Of a stretch of 64,000 nt of DNA, positions 31,131 to 40,971 are shown piece after piece. The stretch's first letter is position 1. Each line of letters opens with the position of its first letter. The stretch lies in IMG/VR virus record IMGVR_UViG_3300023100_000003, positions 30,755 through 94,754 of that record. One strand, given 5' to 3'. Origin of the DNA: a virus. Its lineage: Duplodnaviria; Caudoviricetes. Both the position numbers and the translations under genes were made by a program. The notes under the pieces were generated by a model. That model made no database searches and was not told the DNA's origin. It was given only the letters and a program-made list of their open reading frames with translations.

Positions 31131-31322
31131 GGCTTCCAACAGAGCAAGACACTATTTAGCGTAACTACACAAACAGATATAACTAAATAGTGTTTTGAGT
31201 TGAAGGATTTAGTTAATAGGATATATAAGTTACAAGGGATAAGCTTACGCTTATAACACATAACACCAAGGAATGTGAGACTAATTAAGAACCATTAATT
31301 TGAAATTATTAGGAGATTCATT

Positions 31323-32246
31323 ATGAACGTAATCGCAAGTAATATTGTAAACAATAAGCCATGGTCTGGGTTAGGAGCTAAGATTGATCCTAGAGATAGT
31401 TTAGAGACAGCACTAGAGAAAGCAGAATTAGATTGGACTGCTAAAAGAACTCAAGTGTTATTCAATGTAGATAACAATCTTAAGTTAGGTAGTAGTCAAG
31501 TGTTGTATCGTTCTGATAACTGTTTCCAATTAGGGATAGTAACAGATAAATACAATATTGTTCAACCTAGTGAAGTTATTCAAGGTTATAGAGATTTAGC
31601 AGCATTGAAGAACTGGCCACTAGAATATATGGGAATCTTGGATGGTGGTAGACGTATCTGGGCTTTAGCTAGAACAGATCGAACCACAGGAATAAAAGAT
31701 AGTGAGATGACTACTTATCTACTCCTTACCACTACATATGATGGCTCTAGTGGAACGATTGGTAAGTTTATGAATCTCTCTAAGGATTGCACCAGTATTA
31801 GTCTAGCTGTAGCTGATAACCTTGCTTATGCTAAATTTAGTGTGAATCATAAAACTGTATTCGATGCAGATAAGCTATCCCAGAAACTAAACTTGATAGA
31901 TAAAGCAGGTAAGAACTTTGATGAATATGTCAATGTATTAGCTAAGAAGAAGTTATCTGGTGCTCAAGTAGGAAGATTCTTGATTGATCATTTTGAAGGA
32001 AAGAATGTAGAGGTTGATAAACTATCATCAAGACAAGCTAATATCCTTAAGGGATTGGTAGAGAATTTCGATAGTCATACAGAAACATCAATGAGAGGAA
32101 CAGCTTTAGGACTTGTTAAAACCATAGCCCAACATGTAGACTACAATGTAGGAAGAAACGTCAACAATCGTATGAGAGCTGCTTGGTTTGGATTAGGGGA
32201 TAAACTTAAAGTTGACAGCTTTAATAATCTCCTTAAAATGGCCTAA
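31323..32246 (+). CDS. DUF932/DUF945-family phage/plasmid protein
   Basis: KPWSGLG, AELDW, LGIVTDKYNIVQP, GILDGGRRIWALA, YLLLTTTYDGS, AWFGLGDKLK. Confidence 0.85.
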   Translation: MNVIASNIVNNKPWSGLGAKIDPRDSLETALEKAELDWTAKRTQVLFNVDNNLKLGSSQVLYRSDNCFQLGIVTDKYNIVQPSEVIQGYRDLAALKNWPLEYMGILDGGRRIWALARTDRTTGIKDSEMTTYLLLTTTYDGSSGTIGKFMNLSKDCTSISLAVADNLAYAKFSVNHKTVFDADKLSQKLNLIDKAGKNFDEYVNVLAKKKLSGAQVGRFLIDHFEGKNVEVDKLSSRQANILKGLVENFDSHTETSMRGTALGLVKTIAQHVDYNVGRNVNNRMRAAWFGLGDKLKVDSFNNLLKMA

Positions 32247-32538
32247 CACTTAACTTAATATTAGATGAGGTATTCCATATGTCAAATGTACAATGTTCGT
32301 CCTGCAAACAACACAAGAAACAAGAGAACTTTACATCGCTTACTTTACAATCAGAGGCTCCAGTATGTAATGCATGTGATCTGAAGATGTTGCAACGTAG
32401 ACTAGAAGGATTTGATAGAAAGATAATTTCCTTAAAGCAACAACAGAGAGTGATTAAGGAAGTAGCCAAGCTTAGTGACAAACCTGTCGTAAAAGAAAAG
32501 AAACAGACATCACTAGGGTTCTTATCCAACCTCCTATC

Positions 32539-32568
32539 AAACGCCCACTAAAAGGGCGTTTTTCTTTT
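32539..32568 (+). terminator. Rho-independent terminator
   Basis: AAACGCCC-ACTAAAA-GGGCGTTT followed by a T-tract. Confidence 0.85.
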
Positions 32569-33557
32569 ATGGAGAGTTAATTACCAAACATTTAGTTATA
32601 TTTAAAAACACCTTTTATATGAATCCTTATACGAAAAGAATCTTTGCTATGTTATGTAGCACACATTATAATAGATTCTTAAACAATCACTACAAAGGTG
32701 CAAAAATATATGATAAACACTCTCAAAGCCCCACTGCAAATAATACTCATAGGGCTGAGGAAGGTAGGAGTTCTAAAACCTTTATTATGTAGATATTGGA
32801 ATTGGAGGGTACAACGTAATTTATCTATGTTGAAAGAATTAGAAGAGTTACAATCATGTCTAAGAAATCATCCTTCACGTGATAAAAAAGATTGCCTTAA
32901 AGTAGAGAGTCTGATAAACTGCTTACATCATGCAAATTCCAGTGCCTATATGGAATTGTTTAAACTTAACGGAGTGGGAGGTGTCGTATGAATTATAAAT
33001 TTGGTGAACTAAACGATGCACCTATAGAATTTGGATCTTCTTTAGGTGTTAAATTTAGCTGTGATAGGGGCGATTTAAGGAATACTGTAGAAGTGAGAGT
33101 ACCTTTATGGGTCCATGAAAATAGAACTTCTGAAGGACTACATAAGATTCTAACCTCATCTTATTTTGAATTTGCATATTGGCACGCTATCAACATTCAC
33201 CCAGTCCTTAACGGATTTAGAGGTTTTGATACTATTAGGTTTGAACAATACCTTTGTGACTATTAGGAGATTATATGAAGACTAAATATTATTGGAAAGA
33301 ACTAACAGAAGATGGATTGTTAAGAAATGCCACTTATTGTAATCCTCCTTACGGATGGGAATCATTGAATGTATATGGCTCTGGCTTTGAATCTAAAGAA
33401 CAAGCTATTAAATATTTAGATGATATGAGCCATGACCCGAAGTACAGTTGTACAATACATCACGAATTAGTGTTAGTTGAAGTGTATTGTCCAGAGAAGG
33501 TGTTCTAAGATAGATTCTGGCTGTGTAGAACGCTATCCTAGCCATTTTAAAGCTTAG

Positions 33558-33601
33558 GGAATACTAGGGTAGCCAAGAACATTAAAATTGATTGTAGACG
33601 T
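33558..33601. repeat. Dispersed element, copy C (inverted orientation)
   Basis: GGAATACTA-N26-TGTAGACGT. Confidence 0.8.
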
Positions 33602-33916
33602 TAGGAGACAGGAAGAATGAATATTATTAAGTATGGTATTAGAAAGATTGGAGATAAACTCCCAGTGACTTACTACACATCTTCCAATGAAGGTGGATAT
33701 GCTTGTGTTGGAGAGACATACTCTTTAGCAACAACACACTATGATTCTGATCAAATCTGGGCTACTGATTCCTATGAACAAGCTGTGCATGTGTTAAATA
33801 ACTCCACTGCTTGGTACAATGCAGGTTATAATAGTCCTACTCACAATCTGGAAATTGAGCTATATGAAATTGTTAAGGTAGAAACTATTATTTCTATAGT
33901 GGGTAGTAAATAACAT

Positions 33917-33944
33917 TTGACTTTATCTTTAAATCTGGTAAAAT
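33917..33944 (+). promoter_or_regulatory. sigma70 promoter (extended -10)
   Basis: TTGACT-N16-TAAAAT with TG upstream of the -10. Confidence 0.65.
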
Positions 33945-35937
33945 ACTAAACTAGACAATCATTATTTAAATGGAGATAGTATGAGTAATAAAGAACTGTT
34001 AGATTATGCTGTAGAGAATATTAAAGAGTGGGATGACGATTATACTCATTTGAGAAGTGATGATAGTAATTCACCTCTATTCTTTAGTAAGAATGATATT
34101 TGGATGATTTACAAAGATGGTACTTGGACATACGAAGATGGTTCACGAAATGATTACAAAGGTATCTATGGGGCACAATTCAGAACTCCCACAGCACAAG
34201 TAATTACTAAACAAGAGTGGGTGGAAGCTACCCTAGAAGCAAAGGAGAAAAAGAATATGAGTACAAAGATTGAACGAGATAAAGAGTATGATTTGAAGTT
34301 GACAGGACAAGATTTGATTCTATTGCAAATGTTATTAGGGAAAACATCAGGTAACTTACTTTGGTATACGTTTAAAAAAGTTAAGGATATATGTGGCAAT
34401 AATGCTATATTTGTTCCACCGGCCGTCTTACCTCCCATAAAGATAGATGATCGTGTAATTAATACTATGTTAGATAAGTTATTCAAAGAACCTGAATCTG
34501 AAGAAGAACGTAACTTACGTGAACTTAAAGAACAATATGCTTTGCTTGGTGATAAGATCAAACAGATGGAAGTAAAATGATAAATCATTTCCTTGCATTG
34601 TAGAAACAGTTGAAGTAGAATAGATAAACAGGATAACATTCACTATGAGGAATACTAAAATGAAAAAGAATACACAATCAAAGAAAAAGACTTTATTTGG
34701 AAGTTATACACCTCCAGCTCCAATTGAAGTAACACGTAACGAAGATGGTAAGATCATTAATGTACGTAAAGTGGCTCACATTCGTTCGCAGGGTAATAAA
34801 CAATATGCTTATAATGCGACCAAGGGTTGGCGTGTAGTGTCAAAATACCATACACATTCTTTATTAAATAAGTTGTTTATGAATGCAGGTTATGGTAACA
34901 TATACTCAGATGAGACATTGAAGAAAGCATACGGTTGGTAGGGCAATACTCCGTATTAGGTATTGATGTTAACAAGGAAAAGTGACATCATTTTACAAGG
35001 ATAAGTTGAGTCTGTTAGTAAACTCGGAATATGGGGAAGCCAAACCCCTAAACTAACCATGTTGAGTCATGAAATCTGGCAATAAATTTATAAATCTTAG
35101 GAGAATTTGATTATGATAGAAATACCTAAACCAGATAGAACATATGCTGATCATAGTTATCCTGCATACAGTCTTAAAGCTGTAGAATCATTATTAAATT
35201 CTCTGGGATTCGAGATCAAGTATTTTGATGACTCAGAAAAACAATTCATAGTTAAAAAGGTGATATCATGAAGCTTACACCGAAATATTGGGCAATGTGG
35301 GATAACACGATTGAAGATGTTCAGATTGATACTTGTAGCAAGAATTTACAAGCTTGTTGGAATAAGCTGTATAACTTGGTGGGTACAGAAGGTGCTCACG
35401 AGTTGGTAGAAACAGGTAAACTAGTTCCTGTGTTAATAAGTATAACTAGAGTATTTCCTTGTTCCCAAGCAAACACAGATGAGGTTAAAGGTGAATAACA
35501 TGGATGACATTAGATATAGCTTTGAGTATGCTTTTAAAGCAAGTAAAGTAGGTTACAATGATAAACAAATTTCAAGTATGTTAGTTTGGAATGAGGATCA
35601 TGAAATGTATGAAAATACCCAAGTAGACACAGCATTCTATTGGTATTCAAAAGGTTTTACTACTGGTGAGAGAGGTTAACATGAATGTTACATATTGTCC
35701 TAAAACTGGTAAACCCTATAATCTTGAATATGATGATCATGTTGAGATAGGAATACACAAAAAGGGTAGCAGAATAGTTCTGCCATTATTTTCCCGTGAG
35801 TGGCAAGTGTGCCCTATGGTAAATAAGTTTGAGATTATCTTAACTTCAAACGAGCAGATAGATAGTCTAATTGAACGTCTTATAAATCTCAAGAAGCTTA
35901 AGGCAAAGTATAACGAACCAGCAGGAGAAATTATATT

Positions 35938-36144
35938 ATGAAATATTTAGGATTGATTATAGTAACTTTGTTATTATCAGGATGTTTCTATCAAAAAGCG
36001 GATGTGAGTGATTTAGATGCTGCTGACAAATACTGTAAATCTGTGGGCAGTGAAGTAATGGCTATAGATATATGGGGATCAGGTAGCGAAGTTGTTTATT
36101 GTAGAAACAGTCTAAGTAAGCAATTACACACCGGAACTAACTGA
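35938..36144 (+). CDS. Small lipoprotein
   Basis: Lipobox LSGC. Confidence 0.7.
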   Translation: MKYLGLIIVTLLLSGCFYQKADVSDLDAADKYCKSVGSEVMAIDIWGSGSEVVYCRNSLSKQLHTGTN

Positions 36145-36453
36145 GGGAGATAATCATGAACGAATTTTGGCAGTGCAGAGATGGTCGTAAATTGTTAGTG
36201 GAAGATATGGAACATGCTCACGTACTCTCTTGTTTAAATTTAATGGTTTCAAAGTTTCCTGTGACATTTAAACATTTTAAACCTTCGCCAGAAGCTATAG
36301 CCAACCCTGAGATAGCAAAAAGAGGTTTATGTAAGTTAATAAATATGGTCCGAGAATTAAATACTGTCGATGAACACTGTTACCCTCACAATGGACATTT
36401 GTCAGATTGGGATTGGTATTGGAGTAAGAAAGACTACTAGGGGATAATCATGC

Positions 36454-36969
36454 ATGACGTTATTAAAAGAAACGAACAAAAGATCAGAGCTTGGGCGATC
36501 ATGTATGCTGCTGCTTACAATGCTCCTCTTAGGGCTGTGGTCGTCAAGAACGGACACCACCAAGACTGTACATATCCCTGTTGTAGAAAATAAAGTACCA
36601 GAAGATAGTGAAGATCTTAAATGCTTAATAAAAACTTTATGGTTCGAATCACGAGGTGAAGGTGATAAGGGTATGAAACTCGTAGCTGAAGTTATTATTA
36701 ATAGAACTAAACATAAAGCTTTCCCTAATACAATATGTGGTGTTATTAAAGAACGTTCAGCCTTCCATGTAACGTCTAAGAAGCTTCATCGTAAGATACC
36801 AACATGGTGGTATAGACATATAAAGAAAATCGCTCTACGATCAATACAGGACGGTACAAAGACATTACCTGATAATATTCTTTGGTACAAAGTATGTAGT
36901 GCAGATAGTTCATTCTTTAACACAAGAAAATTACATTTACGATATAAGAACCATTGTTTCTTTAAATAG
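36454..36969 (+). CDS. SleB/Hydrolase_2-family cell wall hydrolase
   Basis: CLIKTLWFESRGE, VAEVIINR, FPNTICGVI, NHCFF. Confidence 0.88.
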   Translation: MTLLKETNKRSELGRSCMLLLTMLLLGLWSSRTDTTKTVHIPVVENKVPEDSEDLKCLIKTLWFESRGEGDKGMKLVAEVIINRTKHKAFPNTICGVIKERSAFHVTSKKLHRKIPTWWYRHIKKIALRSIQDGTKTLPDNILWYKVCSADSSFFNTRKLHLRYKNHCFFK

Positions 36970-36978
36970 GAGATTAAA

Positions 36979-38115
36979 TTGAAAAAATACCCTTTAAGTT
37001 TATCAGCAGATTACTGTTCAGGATGGACTGTAGCGAACGCTATACGTGAGATTCTACAGAATTGCTTGGATAGTCCAGCACCATTTGAGTATTGCTTTGA
37101 TGGAGATATCCTTGAACTCACAAGTAAAAATGTAGAACTACCATCTAGCACATTATTGTTAGGTAACTCTGGTAAACGTAATGATCCTTCTAGTGTTGGA
37201 GGATTTGGTGAAGGGTACAAGATTGCTTTATTAATCCTAGTGCGAGAAGGTTTTGATGTAGAGATCAGAAACGGTAGTAAGATATGGATTCCTTCTTATG
37301 AGTATTCAGAATTATTTGAATGTGAAGTATTAACTATCACGGAAGAATACTTAGGTGGTAATAGTGATTTAACATTTGTAATTAATGGAATCAATGATGA
37401 GATACGTGAAGAAATAAAACATGACTGCCTTTACTTACAAGAAGATCTAGGAGAAGTATTAGAAGGTACTATAGGACGTATCCTGAAAGATGTTAAGAAT
37501 AAGTTGTATGTTGGGGGTTTGTTTGTAACTGATATCAAAGGTTATGAATACTCTTTTGATTTCAAACCTCAATACTTAACATTAAATCGTGATCGTAAAA
37601 CTGTGGAGAGTTGGGATCTTAATTACAATACTTCTAAATTGATTAAGGAGGTATTAGATCCAACAGAAATAGCTAAACTTGTAGAGAATAACACTCAAGA
37701 TATTCAAAACCTACAACACAGGGATAAATTAGAAGAAGTTGCAGATGTTCTATATGATCGTTTAACTGAAGAGTACGGGCAAGATGTAGTAGTAGCTCAG
37801 TACCACAGTGATTCAAAAGATTTGGAAGATTTAGGATATAAGAATGTAGTAAGTTTATCTCATACTAACTATCACTCAATTATTCAGAAGTCTCCAAAGT
37901 ATCAAGCAAGTTTTGAAAAGATAACTGAAGATCTAAATCTTCCAGAAGAAGATACAAGGAGTCCGGTGGAGCTATTAGAACATTGGTATGAACATGAATC
38001 TGAATCAGGAGACTGTGGTCATTGGATTAAGTTTGAAAAGATGTTAGAAGTTTTCAAAAGTAGAGGTGTGTCTTGGGACACGAAGTGGGATGCAAATGAT
38101 CCAATACCATTTTAG
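36979..38115 (+). CDS. GHKL (HATPase_c) ATPase
   Basis: WTVANAIREILQNCLD, LLLGNSGK, GGFGEGYKIALL. Confidence 0.82.
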   Translation: MKKYPLSLSADYCSGWTVANAIREILQNCLDSPAPFEYCFDGDILELTSKNVELPSSTLLLGNSGKRNDPSSVGGFGEGYKIALLILVREGFDVEIRNGSKIWIPSYEYSELFECEVLTITEEYLGGNSDLTFVINGINDEIREEIKHDCLYLQEDLGEVLEGTIGRILKDVKNKLYVGGLFVTDIKGYEYSFDFKPQYLTLNRDRKTVESWDLNYNTSKLIKEVLDPTEIAKLVENNTQDIQNLQHRDKLEEVADVLYDRLTEEYGQDVVVAQYHSDSKDLEDLGYKNVVSLSHTNYHSIIQKSPKYQASFEKITEDLNLPEEDTRSPVELLEHWYEHESESGDCGHWIKFEKMLEVFKSRGVSWDTKWDANDPIPF

Positions 38116-39097
38116 GAGGTGTTATGGCGAGAGATAGTATTGTAAATAAGAGTAGTATTCCTTCTGAAGCTTGGAGTAAATCTCCTCTAGCTCAAGTAGG
38201 TCTACCAGAAGAGTATGAGTGGATAGAAAGACAGTATGGATGTAACTATGCCCAGTATTTAGATTCAGGTTGGACATTAGAAACACTACAGAAAGAAAAA
38301 TTAATTAAACGTAAGACTACCATTAAACAACAAGAGGAAGTAAATATGAACAATACAGCACGTAAGACAGTAACAGTAAACTTAATTGATCGTGATTCAG
38401 CATTAGATGATAAACATGCTTTGGTTGCAGCTTTTGGTGAATTCACTACCACCAAGTCTGGAGAAGCTTTGATCCGTTCTATTATCATGGAACCAGATAA
38501 TCAAGTAGCAGCAGCTATTGCAGAACATAATAAGGTTCGTGTAGCACAAGTTAATCGTGAGATCCTTAATCGCACTGGTAACAAAGTAATGCTTGAACCA
38601 GTAGAAGAAAGCGATCTGTTCTGGGAAATTCAATAATACCCACAGGGGACTGAAAAGTTCCTTAGTTTAAGACATACTAAATCAATTTTAATATGAGGTA
38701 TTTTTATGCAGGCTTTAGATAGTAACACCTACTACCTTAACGAATATTTATTTCAACAAGACACATTACAGAGAGAATGGGATATGACGAAGGCTGATAA
38801 AAGAGATTCCTGTGTAGAGCTTGCACGTAAAATACTTCTACAGGAAGTGGACAATTACACATTCAATATTGCATTCGGAAGATATATCAATGATTCGGAT
38901 GAGAAGTATGAGTGGATTCTTTCTGTTCTTGAAGATATCGAGAATCGTGAATGTGATTTAGAACTACAACGAGCTATTACAATAGAAGCTTTAGAATCAG
39001 CCGCATATTGTTTATTTGACGTTGAGTTAGAAGAGTTATTAGATGCTCGTTCATTAGAGCAAATACAAATTGATAGTATGGTAGTTGAGGTGGGGTT

Positions 39098-40957
39098 GTG
39101 AGCGATAAAGAAAACGGTGTAAGGATAAATCAACACTTTCATTGTATAGCAAATGAATTTGATGATAAAGATAGTTGTAATAGTAGTGATGCGTTATGTG
39201 TGTATGAAAAGCAAGATGGAGAAAACACAACATATGATGCTTTCTGTTTCTCTTGTGGACAACATTTTCACAAAGAAGAAGTACATAATTCAACATTGGC
39301 TCCAATTCTAGGAATCACTGAAGGAGAAGTAACTGAACGTAAAAAATTTACTTTTGCATCAAAGACAGAAGCTCTTAGTGGTGAACAGATTGGTAAGTTG
39401 AAAGAGTCAGTTGGTTTTACAAACATTCCATATCGAAAAATTACACCAGAAACATTGATGTTCTTTGGTCATATGGTTAAACGTAATTCCAAAGGTGTAC
39501 CTACTGAAATTTATTATCCTGAAACAGAAGAGGATAAAGTAGTAGGATTTAAAATTAGAATTCTACCCAAAAAATTCAGTAAGATTGGTAGAACAGGAAA
39601 AGGTAGTCAGTTATCTGGTCAATTCCGATACAAGGGGAATCATAAACGTGTTCTGTATGTTGGTGGAGAAAATGACAAAGCGGCTTCTTGGCAAGCTTTA
39701 CAAAAATACAGTGTACATGTAGTTAGTCCTACTTGTGGTGAAGGTAGTGCAGCAGCTCAAGCAGCAGCTCAATATGAATTCTTCGATAGGTACGAGGAAA
39801 TCTATGTCGGGATGGATGACGATTCAGCTGGTCAAAAAGCTACTGCTGAAATTGTTAAAGTATTACCAGCTGAGAAAGTAAAGATTGTAAAGTGGAGTAG
39901 TAAAGACCCTCATAAGCTTTTGGAAGATGGGCAAGATGAACAGTTAAGACGTGATTTCTTTAATGCTAAAAGTTTCTTGGATGTTGGTATTAAATCAAGT
40001 ACAGAAATTCTTGCAGATGTACACGATGTGTTGGTGGCAGATTTGATTACACTACCTGACTATATGTGGCGAATGCAGAAGATGATGAAACGAGCATTTA
40101 GTACGAACGGTAGGGTTGTAAACATTATTGGCTCTACCTCTTGTGGTAAGAGTACCCATACTAATAACATGTTGTACCACTGGATATTCTCTGAAGGCAT
40201 GAAACCTTTGATTATATCTCTTGAGATGACAGCCGGTGAGTATGCTGTTGATTTACTATCTCTCCACTTAAAGAGAAATCTTGATTGGTTTGAAGAAGGG
40301 ATGGATGCTTGGAACTATTTACAACAAGAAGATGTCAAATCATTATATGATAACTTGTTTAATGACTCAGAATACAATGAACGTTTTAGAATTGTAGATG
40401 ATCGTGATGGTACGATTGAAGCCATTAAGAAAATGATCGAACGTGGTGTAAAACAATACGGTTGTAACATTGTAGTAATTGACGTACTTACTGATTTACT
40501 TCGATTCTTACCAATGGATGAGCAAGAGAAGTTTATGTCATGGGAAAAGAACTTTGTTAAGTCTGGGGTTAGTATTGTGAACGTACTCCATACAAGAAAA
40601 CCAGAACGTAAGAAAGATGGCACGTTGGAGAAGATTACACAATATGATGCTCTAGGTAGTGGTACGTTTGTTCAGTCTGCCCACATTAATATTGTAATCA
40701 ATCGTGATAACATGCACTCTGATCCAACAGAAAGAAATACCACGTATGTAGATATGCCGAAGTGTCGTAGAGGTACTACTGGTATTGCTGGTGAATGGTA
40801 TTATGATCCTGAGACAAGGCAAGTGTATGACAAGCAAGATTTCTTTAGTCAGTCAGTACGAACTGAGAATCCAAATTATGAACCAACATACACACCTCCA
40901 GTAGAAGAACCTACTATTGATTATAGTGAAGATGATATTGTGGAATTAGATTATTAA
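39098..40957 (+). CDS. T7 gp4-like primase-helicase
   Basis: Zn finger (C...CNSSDA...CFSC), TOPRIM YVGMDDDSAG and KDP, Walker A GSTSCGKST, ISLEM, IVVID, KCRRGTTG. Confidence 0.92.
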   Translation: MSDKENGVRINQHFHCIANEFDDKDSCNSSDALCVYEKQDGENTTYDAFCFSCGQHFHKEEVHNSTLAPILGITEGEVTERKKFTFASKTEALSGEQIGKLKESVGFTNIPYRKITPETLMFFGHMVKRNSKGVPTEIYYPETEEDKVVGFKIRILPKKFSKIGRTGKGSQLSGQFRYKGNHKRVLYVGGENDKAASWQALQKYSVHVVSPTCGEGSAAAQAAAQYEFFDRYEEIYVGMDDDSAGQKATAEIVKVLPAEKVKIVKWSSKDPHKLLEDGQDEQLRRDFFNAKSFLDVGIKSSTEILADVHDVLVADLITLPDYMWRMQKMMKRAFSTNGRVVNIIGSTSCGKSTHTNNMLYHWIFSEGMKPLIISLEMTAGEYAVDLLSLHLKRNLDWFEEGMDAWNYLQQEDVKSLYDNLFNDSEYNERFRIVDDRDGTIEAIKKMIERGVKQYGCNIVVIDVLTDLLRFLPMDEQEKFMSWEKNFVKSGVSIVNVLHTRKPERKKDGTLEKITQYDALGSGTFVQSAHINIVINRDNMHSDPTERNTTYVDMPKCRRGTTGIAGEWYYDPETRQVYDKQDFFSQSVRTENPNYEPTYTPPVEEPTIDYSEDDIVELDY

Positions 40958-40971
40958 ATAATAGGAGAAGT

